A stretch of DNA of 64,000 nucleotides from Zygnema circumcarinatum SAG 698-1b (taxonomy: Eukaryota; Plantae; Zygnematophyceae): positions 1,116,001 to 1,180,000 of the forward strand of contig CM074813.1 in NCBI GenBank assembly GCA_037447605.1, read 5' to 3'. The position numbers and the translations under genes were made by a program. This document shows, piece after piece, positions 1-10,665 of the stretch. The notes under the pieces were generated by a model. The model had not been told where the DNA came from. It did no database searches and saw only the letters and a list, made by a program, of their open reading frames with translations. Positions within the stretch are counted from its first letter, which is position 1, and every line of letters starts with the position of its first letter.

Positions 1-2098
1 TCAAGCAGCGCGTGTCGGTGTGGACGGTATTACATCGTATTGAACAGAACCGTGACCCGCAACGGACACATGTGTACGGCGCAACGTAACCGCACACGGA
101 ACAGAAGTGTCGCCGTGACCCCGTTGACGGAGGGCCAACTGCCGCTGTCAAGTATGACGGAACATGGACCGGAAGCGCCTCAAGATTGGCCTGCAAATGG
201 CAGCACAGACAACCCCAATCCTTTAATGGTGTACTCTCTCAATCTAAACTAGCGCATTTTATCTTCAAGATAATGAAGCAGTATGGATGATACGAAGGAT
301 GAGCTTTCTTAACAAATATCTTGCCCTTCACTTAACTGAAGCAAATGCAATTCGAGATTTGAATGTTTAAACTCAGGCTGTGAAATCGGTGAATTAAGCT
401 ACGGTGCAAGCCAATACACAATTAACGTACTCTTGCACATCGAGACAACGAGAAATATGCAACACGCCACCGGCTTACAAGAGAGCACTCCCCTGTCTAA
501 AAACATTCGAGCACGTGGCGATATGAAGTGAGGAAAAGAGACGACAGCATTCGAGCGAGTGGATAGAAGAGAGGAATAAGAGGCGATAGGGAGAAGCAAA
601 CGAGTGGTAAAAAGAGAACAGAAAACGACAGGGAGAGCAGGGAGACATAGAGAGCGCACAAATGAATCAGTCAGATTCAGATCAGTCAGATGAGATTGAT
701 GATGAATCAGTCAAGCGTTCGGTATTACTAAATAGAAAACAGATGGTGAAGGGCAAGAGAAGCAAGAGGAAGGGAGGGGAATGCATGGGAAGCAGGAGGA
801 AGATCAAGAGAACGGCGTAGAGGAGAGAGAGGGAGAGATGGGGACGAGCGAGAATGTGAGCGAGAGAGAATGTGAGCAAGAGACTGTCTAAAGCTTGAAG
901 CTTTCACAGACTAATCAGAGTGGTTAAGCAAATGTTTGGTTTAAGTAGTACCTCCTGAAGGAGCTCTGCAAAGCTTTTGAACCCTTTCTTTCCCGCTTGT
1001 CTCTCTCTTTCTAACGCCTTCGACTGCCTCGTTTTCCGCTTTGTGCTAGTAGGTTGCTTTTTGGGATGACCAAATACACCTGGATTGTAAAAATAATAAT
1101 AACACGATCAAGGTTTCAGCGTATATGGTTACGGGTGAATGAAACTAGTAACTAAGGAGTTCCAAGAAGAAGCAAACACCGATAATTCTCATTTTCTATG
1201 TGTCCGGCGACGTACAGCTCGCGAATTCTTCTCATCTTCATGGACAATGAATCACCAACATTCTACACCTGCGAGTGATAAGTGAAACATAAGATCACCC
1301 AAACTTTTTTTGATTTGGTGGGACAACACAAGACACTTAGCAACAGACCTCATCTGTGCAATCAACCCAGAGGGAAGGCAGAAAATGGTGTGCATTAACC
1401 TAAGTAAATGGGAGCAAGATTCTGACCTTCCTCCATGTCCTGCGCTTCAAAATTTTCGTCGTCTTCTTCTGGTTCTGCTGCGTCCACATTGTCGTTTTCA
1501 AGTGATTCGAGTCTCGCTTGAGCGGCCTGCCCTTTAAAAACAAACACCCCAAGAAAGGGTCAGGAGATTTTGAAGGAGATTTTGAACCAAGGATACGAAA
1601 TGTGAAGAAACAAAGGGTATTTTTTTGGGTTTTTGGAAGTCAATTCCATTCTTCCAATGGGAAATTAGAATGGAAGAAAAGATAGACGTATCTGGGGAAA
1701 GCAGGATCCAAAAAAAGCCATACAAGTTGGGGAAGGGAAGAAAGGAGAGGGATTCACAAGAGGAAAGGTGAGGGGCAGATGGAAAGGGAAATGAAAGGAA
1801 AGAGGTAAGAGAAAGTATAAGAGGGGGAAGAGAGAAGTCGAGAGACGGGAGTGTGGTGAGAATGGAGGGGCTATAAGGAGGACGAGAAATAAAAAATGAC
1901 GAAATAAACTAGGGAGGGGAAGAATAAACTGGAGATGGAAAAACCGCTGAAGGATAGACATAGAGAGAGGGATAGAGAGCGCGAGGGAGAGAGAGAGAGA
2001 GCGAGAGAGAGAGAGAGAGAGGGAGAGAGGGAGGGAGGGAGGGAGGGAGGGAGGGAGGNNNNNNNNNNGAGGGAGGGAGGGAGGGAGGGAGGGAGGGG

Positions 2099-2129
<31 letters not shown>

Positions 2130-2310
2130 AAAAAAAGAGAGAGAGAAAGAGAGAGAGAGTGAGAGTGAGAGGGGGGGGTGGGAAATGGGGGCTTACTCGC
2201 TTGCGAGTCCCCACGTCAACGAGGACGGCAGTAACCTTGGGAGCCACCTTCCGGTGGCGCGCGGAGGTGCGCCTGCCCTCTCCTGCCATCGCTTCCCCCC
2301 CGTCCGCCAT
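1..2310 (-). CDS. SWC6: SWR1 complex subunit 6 (SWC6/SEF/ZNHIT1), zf-HIT protein; 3' end lies beyond the window start
   Basis: Spliced exons 2310(or 2289)-2197, 1526-1427, 1079-952 and 190-<1, all GT-AG and phase-consistent. Translation: MAGEGRRTSARHRKVAPKVTAVLVDVGTRKR/AAQARLESLENDN.../...KRKTRQSKALE...KSFAELLQE/ANLEALPVHVPSYLTAAVGPPSTGSRRHFCSVCGYVAPYTCVRCGSRFCSIRCNTVHTDTRCL. This matches plant SEF, including the zf-HIT Cys/His pattern. Confidence 0.95.
1959..2172. repeat. GA/GGGA microsatellite tract in SWC6 intron 1, with an N gap at 2059-2068
   Basis: Direct reading: (GA)n and (GGGA)n runs. Confidence 0.9.
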
Positions 2311-2751
2311 GGCCCTCCCCCTCTCTCGCTCCCCTCCCATCCCCGTCGCTCCTCATTTAGCGCTGCCCCGTTTCACTGTTCTGTCGCGTACCACGCAACT
2401 GGAAAATATATGCAGTAGCAAACGAGGACTTACTGCAGCTAAAATTTAACTGGGACTGTAACTGTGATATTAACAGTGCCGGCATGTAGAGCACGCACCG
2501 GAGATGGGAAACGGGGACCGCGCCGCGGGAAGCTGCGAGGGACAGACAGGTCCGGCTGGTCGCGCGAGGTTCGGAACTCTGGCTCGGCGGAGGCTTGCTG
2601 CCGTTGGATGGAGAAAAGCTCTGCGATCGCAGGTTCGGAGAGTGTTCAGGCTAGGTCCGGTTGAAATTGGGGCGCCTGTCTGTCACGCTGGCGGAATTTT
2701 TCTTAGGGAGCGCGACCTCGTGTGGATTACCAGCCCAAGAACGAAAAGTTG

Positions 2752-2891
2752 TAGGGTTGAGGGTCCAGGGGGTAGGGGGTAGGGGGTAGGGTTGAGGGTC
2801 CAGGGGGTAGGGGGTAGGGTTGGGGGTTCAGGGGGTAGGGGGTAGGGGGTAGGGTTAGGGTTCAGGGTTAGGGGGTAGGGTTTAGGGGGGG
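2752..2891 (+). repeat. Degenerate interstitial telomere-like G-rich array
   Basis: Units GGGGGTA, GGGTTA, GGGTTCA, GGGTTGA and GGGTTTA over about 140 bp. Confidence 0.75.
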
Positions 2892-3179
2892 ACCAAGGTT
2901 AGATTGAAAAAGAACCACAAATTGCGTTGGAGGCGCGATGGCGACACCGAACACCACAAGGGCAGGCGACACATCCAAAGCATGTGGTGCGTGCGTGCAC
3001 ATGCGATGGCCTCATCCTCGTGAGACCAATGCCGACCCAAAAAGCCTTCTAGACCGCAACACACCAACAGAGTACAATGATGAAAGCCAAGGCACCTCGC
3101 ACGCCTAAAGACAACTTGTTTTTACACATGCTTGTGCACTTGCGTACTCATTTTCAAAGGTTCCGATATTTGTCTCCTT

Positions 3180-4050
3180 CAGGAGCAATTATTGAACGAA
3201 AAGTATGGCAATGAACAAGCAAATCAACCAACAGGCTCGGAGACTTGCACAGGGCTCAGAGGCGACTTGTGAATGCTATATTACACATCTGACTATCAAA
3301 TCCACTCTCTGTTGCTCTGAAGGATGACGCTCTCTTCCCTACGCTTACTGTACGCGCGACGCTCATGTTCAGTGCTCGCCTGCGCTTGCCCAGCAGCATG
3401 ACCATGGCGCAGAAGAAAGCACGAGTAGATGACCTTCTGGCGGTGCTCGGACTGGGCAAATGTGCCGATACTGAGTGGGCTAGGGAGTGTGGGGCCTGAA
3501 CAAAACTCAGCTGCTTGGCTACCATTCATGCTCTGCAAAGATGCAGACGCTCAGCATTCCTGAGTGAGACAGATGTCCTGCGCACCCAGTTCTGTCTTCA
3601 TGGGTTGTTTGAGGCTTCCTCGCTTCATACAGTTTGGCAGTCAAGGCCCTCTAATCGTCACAGCTGTTGAGTTGTGCAGCTCACTGCCTGCAATCCATGC
3701 AGGTGAGAGGAGTTTCCGGTGGTGAGAAACGTCGGTGCTCCATAGAGGTTGATCTCATCCATGATCCTGCAGTACTCTTTCTGGACGCAAACTTCAGGTA
3801 GAGCTTAAACTGACCTCGGAAGCTAGTGACGGGGGAGAGGGCAGGAAAGACCGCTTGATGGTAACGTTAGGACATCAGAGACGCTCCCATTTTGAATCGT
3901 GCGTTTTATTTCTGCTCTATCATGAACCGTTGAACCGTTTAAGTTGGAAGTGTGACATGACTGTTGACAGGTCTGGACAGTACATCTGCAGTGAATGCAG
4001 TGGAGATATTCCACAGCTTTGCTAGCGAGGCGAGCAGCCTTTCAACATTG
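3180..4050 (+). pseudogene. ABCG (WBC-type) transporter nucleotide-binding-domain fragment with introns, decayed
   Basis: 3325-3470 reads DDALFPTLTVRATLMFSARLRLPSSMTMAQKKARVDDLLAVLGLGKCADT. 3703-3797 reads [28 protein letters not shown] (ABC signature and Walker B), with a 2-nt deletion in the DEPTSG codons (ctggacgcaaacttcag). The next exon at 3971 reads GLDSTSAVNAVEIF and then degenerates. No Walker A or membrane domain found. Confidence 0.85.
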
Positions 4051-4429
4051 ATCAAACAATTTCGGAAAATGTCCTCATAACATTATAAGATTAAGATCTT
4101 TGTGTTCTTCTTGAGGGGCTCTCGTTTCCTTATTCTTGTGTTATATTGCAGTTATCCGCTGCAGGACGAGAAACCCGAGAGGAGTACTCTCTCTCATGAC
4201 GAGTTCACTTATTTGAAAGTGGAAGATAAAGACAAAATATGTAAATATAACCCGTGCAACCCCCCACAATTCCAGAACACACAAATCAAACAGCCGTTCC
4301 ATTTTCTTTTTTCACTAGATGACGTCGTGTGACATTTTGAGATGTTATCACTTACAAGAAGCTTCCAATATGGAAGAAATGCAGTTTACTCCAGCGCGCA
4401 CAGTTTATCCCAATGCTCGATTATGTGTT

Positions 4430-4517
4430 TTTCAAATTTGAGACTTTTCTCTTTCCGCTGAAATTCAGATGCGCACAATCAGCCGCCCACTGGCTTGCCT
4501 CTGCCGGCGGAAACGAT
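4430..4517 (-). pseudogene. Possible isolated AP2/ERF-domain C-terminal-half exon
   Basis: After a polypyrimidine tract and AG, the exon reads SFPPAEASQWAADCAHLNFSGKRKVSNL. This aligns by eye to the AP2 pattern TFxTAExAAxAxDxAAxxxxGxxAxxNF. The match is short. Confidence 0.35.
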
Positions 4518-4859
4518 CTAAAAAAGGAGGGGAAGAGTAAAGGGGCAGAAAAAAAAAAGGGCATAAAGCAGATGTTGCAGCATTGTACAAAGTAGAGGGT
4601 TTCAGACCTGAAGAACAGCCGAAATGAAATGCCTCGTCATGTTACCACTCAATTCACAAGAAAGCGCGTACTGATTTCGAACTCCAAAGTGTGAAAGCTC
4701 TAAGTCTGAACCCACCTTCGAATGAATGGACGTGAGATTGCCACAAAGCTCGAAGGAAGAATAGAGAAGAGGGGAGAGAGAACGCACCGGAACTGTTAAG
4801 TGATGATTCCAACATTAGGTCGTAACACCATGGCGACTTTCCCACATCAGACGAAGTTC

Positions 4860-5934
4860 CTGTGCCTCTTCATCATCCCTTTGACAGTCTGCTTTGCCAG
4901 AGTGCTTTTTGGGTGACCTTTCGCTTCCTCCTTTACTCCTCCCCTCTACCAAGAAATGATCTACTTTCCCATCAGCCTCGCTACTTCCCAGAACTGCCAA
5001 TCCATCCAAGTACTTCATCCTTTCAACAAGTTCAGGATCTGAAGGATTAGGGTAGGGCATACCGACCACAATGACGCATCTTCCCATGCCGTCGCTGAAA
5101 TCAATACCTTCCGACATTTTTCCTCCCACTACACACAGCAGCAAAGCACAGCCTTTCTTCTTTGGCTTTCTGCCCATAAAGTCACCTACCCCAAATGTTC
5201 CAAGACCTGCAGAACTTCCCTGTTCTCCATTTCCTACTCCTTCAATTATCTCAGTTATTTTTGGCGATCCAGAAACTCTCTCATAGTGATCATGCAAGTT
5301 GCGATTTGCTTCACAGGCTCCACCCCCATCACCTCCATCGGCCCTTAACCCCTGGGAGCAACTTGCATCGACGGCGCAATCTGCTTCCACTACCTGATTC
5401 CCATCGTCTTCTGTGCTCTCACGATATTGCCGCAAAACCTCTTCCATGCCTGCGGTGCTGTGAGGTTCCCGATACACCACCTTTTTTGGTTTAATCGTGC
5501 GAAGAATCCCGACATTTTGCCATGTCTCCCAAACTTCTCTGTGGTAAGCAAACGAGGGAAAGAAGTATACAACGCCCTCGGGAACAACAGAACAGAGGTT
5601 GATAAGCAGCCGGCCGAGCTCTTGCACCTGAAGAAGCAAGTCATTGTAGAGGGGTTCCAATTTTTAGGGTTACAGCGGCATCAACAGGGGTTCCAAGAAA
5701 GCCAGAAGTGGCAACTGATGCTTGTAAGGCCCTGGGTACTCCGCGACTGAAAGCTGAAGTCAAAAGATTTTCCAGACAGTCCCCTGGCTAACGCAATTGG
5801 CAGCACAATATGGCCACAGGAGAACAAGTGCAGTTGGTTGAGAGGCAGGTGAGGGAAGAGAGTCTCTCTCAGGGTGGCCATAGGCTGCAGAGTGCCACCA
5901 GCCAGTACAACAGCTCTGGCTTCCTGAACAACCT
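4860..5934 (-). pseudogene. DDX11: DDX11/CHL1 (ChlR1) helicase C-terminal fragment
   Basis: Motifs VVLAGGTLQP...FSCGHIV, ELGRLLINLCSVVPEGVVYFFPSF and CVVGGKMSEGIDFSDGMGRCVIVVGMPYPNPSDPELVERM. The usual short segment after CGHIV is missing. The donor at about 5718 appears mutated (acaagc in place of gtaagc). Both the N-terminal helicase domain and the final NQSIGRAIRH exon are absent. Confidence 0.85.
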
Positions 5935-6062
5935 GCACTCAGTCTCCAGATCAACTTAGTCGAACAGAGGAACAAAAATAACCACACTCCTCCTTGGAGG
6001 CAAACGCTTAGGCATTTGTCAGATGATGCGCAGGTGTTCTTTTCCCACTTTTCATACACGGA

Positions 6063-6345
6063 AGTCGTCAGCATATATCGCCTTTAAAGCCTCCACCTGA
6101 ACCGAAATTGCAAATATATTTTAAGAAAACTTTCTAAAACCAATAAAAACAAGACATTAACATTAACCAATAACCTTTTTAAAAAATCTTACTTTATTTC
6201 ACATTTTAAGCGCTAATATCTCGTACTCTTGCTCCTGCATGTTCCGCTCTCTTTCCTTCGCAGAAACCAAAGCCTCTCCTCCGCCCGCCACGTGTCCAAG
6301 AAACGTCTCCACCTCCTCCGCCATGGCCGCACCACCTTCAGCTCC
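6063..6345 (-). pseudogene. RWD-domain-like N-terminal fragment
   Basis: MAEEVETFLGHVAGGGEALVSAKERERNMQEQE, then an intron whose donor appears to lack a G, then cag|VEALKAIYADDF. This resembles the RWD start motif QxxExEALxxIYxDDF. The rest of the domain is not found. Confidence 0.45.
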
Positions 6346-7005
6346 GCCATGGCCATGGCTTCCCGAGGCAGCCATGGAGAAGGCCATGGCCAAGGCCAAG
6401 GTGGCGCTTCTCCCTTCAAAAACGACCACCTCGTAGAATCCCTCATTATACTCACTTCAAAACCCTAAATCCCTAATATCCGTGTCCTGAACCTCCCTGA
6501 GTCCCAGAACCCTGAAGGCCGCTCAGGATTCAGGGACAACGAAAGGAGCTACAGCGCAGTTGAAAGCGCGGCCATGGAAGCCCTGCTCCTTCCTCCGATC
6601 GTCTGAACCTCCCCCTGCTCTCTCCTGGGCTCATCCCGCTGCCGTCATCCATGGTTGCCGCGGGAGGCCTTTTGTAAGGGGAGGGGACCGCCATAGCGTG
6701 CTCCACACGGAGTGCGAAGCGCCTCGGAGTGGGAAGCGCCTGTGGACTGCCAGGACCCGGACCTCTCAGGGCTATAGGCTCTCAGGCCGTACAACTAATG
6801 TAATGGATGGCACGGTTTAAGGGAATCAACTTGGGCATTGGACCGTCCGATCGTTCACAAAACGCCAAAAAAGATTTTATGGGGATGACTGATGGCCAAA
6901 CACCATCAAAATCATTGTCCTCGACCTTTCCATATTTTCATTTTTTGCTAGTCCTCGACCTTTCCATATTTTCATTTTTTGGTGGAGAAAACAACAACAA
7001 AGACG
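6263..7005. repeat. Dispersed direct repeat, copy 1 (about 700 bp; copy 2 at 9471-10105)
   Basis: Long near-identical blocks, e.g. gaaaccaaagcctctcctccgcccgccacgtgtccaagaaacg and aaccctaaatccctaa...cctgaaggccgctcaggattcagggacaacgaaaggagcta, with scattered indels. Confidence 0.9.
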
Positions 7006-7489
7006 CTGCGCATAGTGAGATGCAATGGTAAAGCTTCTTATGAACTGGGTGGTAATAAAGTAGATATGAAACCACCCACAATCAAATAACCATTGTCACG
7101 GTTATTCACTTGCTGTGTGCCTTCACATACACCTCATTACCACCACTTCCATTAAAATGCCGACCATTGCAACTCCTAATGAGCCACGCCTCTGTTGGTG
7201 CCAGTTCACCTTACCAACGAAATTTGTCGGCGGCCTACTTTGTACTCTGGGCGGGGAGGTCCTTTGCAGCACATTGTGGGAGAACTCCAGCCCCTCGCGC
7301 TACTCCTGGGAGGACCGCCGCGCCGTCCACACTAAACACACGAACGAACTCGTCGGTCTCGCGAGGCGAACACAATCCGAAAAAGACAAAACACAACCTC
7401 CGCCGCCGCCGCCGCCGCCGCGTCCGCTCCCGGGGCCACGTCGGCAGGCTGACCGGCCCCAAGTCTCGCAGGAAGGGCCCGGAACCTAG

Positions 7490-8160
7490 GATCGCCGGCG
7501 GAGGGCTTCCGGGGCCGTGCATCTCGAAGGAGCGATGGGAACGCAAACTTTCATTGAACTCGCGATGGCGAGGCCATCAAATTTACATGGATAAAGGCAA
7601 AATGTGGAACCACGAAGGACTGGTCACAAAGGACCGAAACACAATAAAACGAAGCTAGGAGCGGAAAACTACGCCTAGGCACAACAACGCAGCCCTAGAA
7701 GCAGCCGCGAAGGTCACCGATGTGAGGCACGTCGCGAGGAGGGAGCGGCGGAAGTCCACCAACACGGTCACCAACAACTGCAGCACGCCGAAGTAGCGTA
7801 GAAGCGAGGCAACGCTGAAGGGCGACGGAAATACGTTGTCGATAAAAGGTAGCCAAGATCGCCGGAGGAGGGCTTCCGGGGCCGTGCATCTCGAAAGAGC
7901 GATGGGCGCACTGGCGAAGGAAGGTATCCAAACGGGTGTCGAGGCAGCCAAAAAAAAACAACGCTTCTTCCTGCCTGTGCGACACAATTCGGAGCCGTGC
8001 GACGACGTTTGGATCCCTGCGACCCCATGCGACGCCGCGGAGCAAGGCAGCAAGCGCTGTGCGACGCGGCTGGGGTCGTTTGACGACAGCGCTGATCGGA
8101 CGGCTGAATCGCGCAGATTCGGAGAGGAGCGGTCTCGGCCGTCGATGACTATCATCGGAC
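7490..8160 (-). mobile_element. Degenerate 3' fragment of a non-LTR retrotransposon of a restriction-like-endonuclease clade (CRE-like)
   Basis: Frameshifted minus-strand translation ...FFGCLDTRLDTFLRQCAHRS...ILATFYRQRISVALQRCLASTLL resembles the QRISxAxQRxxA C-terminal motif of RLE-clade LINEs. A 50-bp piece is duplicated at 7491-7540 and 7857-7906. No RT domain is present. Confidence 0.5.
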
Positions 8161-8400
8161 GGTCAGATTTGATCGCGGAGGTGGAATTATTTTGGAACGG
8201 GGAGGCCGCAGAAGCGCCGGAACGGGATCGGTCGGTCGGTGGTTCGCCGAACCGGGCGGGCGGGCGCGCAGTTCCATGCGCGGCCCAGTTCCATGCGCGG
8301 CCCAGTTCGGGGGCCGTTCCACAGAATCTGGACTGTGCAGCACATGGAACCACGAGAGGCCCACGGTACAGCGAGGGGCCCTCCTGAGTCCTGACCCGAG

Positions 8401-8779
8401 TAGGGATGGCCCGCGTTATAAAGTCCGACTATATTATATACTTTACAACGGGTTTAAAAGTAGTAATATAGTACAAAGTAAAACACTTTATTACATATAT
8501 TATACCCACTCGTTTTGAACAATTAACGACCGTACGACCGTACCCGTACGGTCGCACGGTCCTACCATACCAAAATTAGGTCGTTTTGGCGTTGGCGTTG
8601 CGAAATGCGTCCGTCTGGTTCACTCTGTCTGCTCGTGCATCCGTACCGCATAATACCGTATGACCGTACGACCGTACATGTTGTAAAGGCGTTGTAAAGT
8701 ATTATATAACAGCCGTTATTTAGTCGTCACAGTTATATAATATAATATATATTATATAGTCGTAATTAAGCCATCCCTA
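8401..8779. mobile_element. hAT-type MITE (379 bp)
   Basis: 10-bp TIRs TAGGGATGGC...GCCATCCCTA, flanked by a perfect 8-bp TSD GACCCGAG (8393-8400 and 8780-8787). The AT-rich interior carries GACCGTAC subterminal repeats. Confidence 0.92.
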
Positions 8780-8851
8780 GACCCGAGTGAGAGGCAGGGC
8801 AAAGACTCAGTGCAGGTGCTTGAAGGGGAGAGTAAAAGAAGCTTTACTTTC

Positions 8852-9336
8852 GGAAAATGATACAGCCGCCCCACTTTTTGGATATCCGCGCCCCCTTTCG
8901 GGAAAATTTGTACTTTCATTTTGGCTAATCACGCCCCCCCCTTGGATCTTTCGGGAGGAGATCTTTCGCCAAAATCTTGTAGACAATCGGACCCCGCGCG
9001 CGAGGCGCAGGATCCGACCGTGCACCGACGTACGGCGCCGCGCCGCGATTGTCTGCAGTAAGCAGTCCTCATATTTTCGCCATCGGGGCGAATTTCTTGG
9101 GGACGCACTGTACAGGGTGGAAAATATGACTCCTTACTGTAGGCAATCGCGGCGCGGCGCCGTACGTCGGTGCACGGTCGGATCCTGCGCGCGACGCGCA
9201 GGGTCCGATTGTCTACAAGATCTCTCCTCCCGAAAGATCCAAGGGGAGGGGGGACGTGATTAGCCAAAATGAAAGTACATATTTTCTCGGAGGGGGGGGC
9301 GGATATCCAAAAAGTGGGGCGGCTGTATCATTTTCC
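8852..9336. mobile_element. Long-TIR foldback MITE (MULE-like), diverged copy
   Basis: Starts GGAAAATGATACAG and ends CTGTATCATTTTCC, with imperfect inverted arms of about 200 bp. Same family as 37395-38884. No TSD is recognisable at this copy. Confidence 0.85.
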
Positions 9337-9470
9337 ATCAGGAAAAAATGCACTAGTAGTTCAGCTACAACAACCTCTCTACCTTTGTCAGCTGTACAAC
9401 TTGCCTAGATCGACCATTTCATCACAACAGTGACGGCTAGCTTGATGAACTTATCCCAGGCTTTGGCTTG

Positions 9471-10105
9471 AAACCAAAGCCTCTCCTCCGCCCGCCACGT
9501 GTCCAAGAAACGCCTCCACCTCCTCCGCCATGGCCGCACCACCTTCAGCTCCGCGATGGCTCGGGCAGCCATGGAGAAGGCCATGGCAATGGCCAAGGCG
9601 GCGCCTTTCCCTTCAAAGAAAGGCCACCTCGTAGAATCCCTCCTTATACTCACTTCAAAACCCTAAATCCCTAACATCCGTGTCCTGAACCTCCCTGAGT
9701 CCCAGAACCCTGAAGGCCGCTCAGGATTCAGGGACAACGAAAGGAGCTAAAGTGCAGATGAAAGTGCGGCCATGGAAAGCACTGCTCCTTCCTCCGACCT
9801 TCTGAACCTGCCCCTGCTCTCTCCTGGGCTCCTCCCGCTGCCGCCATCCATGGCTGCCGCGGGAGGCCTTTTGTAGGGGGAGGGGACCGCCATAGAGTGC
9901 TGGCCACGAGGAGAGAAGAGCCTGTGGACTGCCAGGAGTCGTCCCGGACCGGGCCGCACACTAATGGATAATACTTTCCAAGGGGTCTATTTGGGCATTG
10001 AACCGTCCGATCGTTCACAGACGCCAATTGAGGATGGCCAACGAATCTAATAAGTCCTTCCTTTCCATTTTTTCATTGTATGGTGGAGACGAAATAACGA
10101 CAAAG
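9471..10105. repeat. Dispersed direct repeat, copy 2 of 6263-7005
   Basis: See copy 1. Similarity stops abruptly at 9471, where the flanking sequence differs from copy 1. Confidence 0.9.
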
Positions 10106-10665
10106 AGAAAATCGTCAGAAGCCGCCATGGCAGAGCTGGTCAGGAACTCCAGGCGGGCACAGATAAAACAACTGGCCACCCAGTGGTTAGCTGCTTAGCT
10201 TAAACTGTGCCAAGCTAGAGATTCTCACCAATTCTGTCCTAGTCTCTACTTCGATCTACTGTCTTTGAGACGCCATTTTTCGTCACTCTGAGAATTAGAC
10301 TGGCGGCCTTGTCAAGGACTGCCGGGCTTGTCAATGCCGTTGAAGAGTGGCGGCCTCCTCTGTACCCTTGGCGCGGCTGAGGTTTGTATCTAGCCAACAA
10401 GAGTGTAAATAACATCAACAAAAATTGTATCCAAATATCCCGATATTGTACATGATATCGATGATACGGAGACAATACCTTATATTCCGATACGTTACAA
10501 TACTTGGCGATACGCTCGGCGAGCTGCCTCCATCTAAGGGCGTCCCCCAATTCCTTCCTGCTCTCCCCCCGGCGTGGCCCGCTCCGGCCCTCCACGTAGC
10601 ACCGCCCGCAGCCATCTACGTGGCAGCTTGGCAGCGCCCTCGCGGGCGGCTTAGAAATACCCGCC

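Noticed and set aside
1909-2162. ORFs rich in ER/RE/SL/PP across GA tracts (also at 23349-23649, 24532-25156, 40101-41153 and 58335-58910)
   Set aside because: They are translations of intronic or intergenic microsatellites, some spanning N gaps, with no domain content.
2197-2206. Possible GC-AG donor (c|gcaagc) for SWC6 intron 1
   Set aside because: The canonical GT donor at 2196 with the acceptor at 1527 gives an in-frame product whose length matches plant SEF exactly.
4815-5938. DDX11 as a functional gene
   Set aside because: There is no N-terminal helicase domain, the donor is mutated, there is an internal deletion, and motif VI is missing.
6263-10105. LTR retrotransposon formed by the two 700-bp direct repeats
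   Set aside because: There are no TG...CA ends, PBS, PPT or TSD, and no gag/pol sequence in between.
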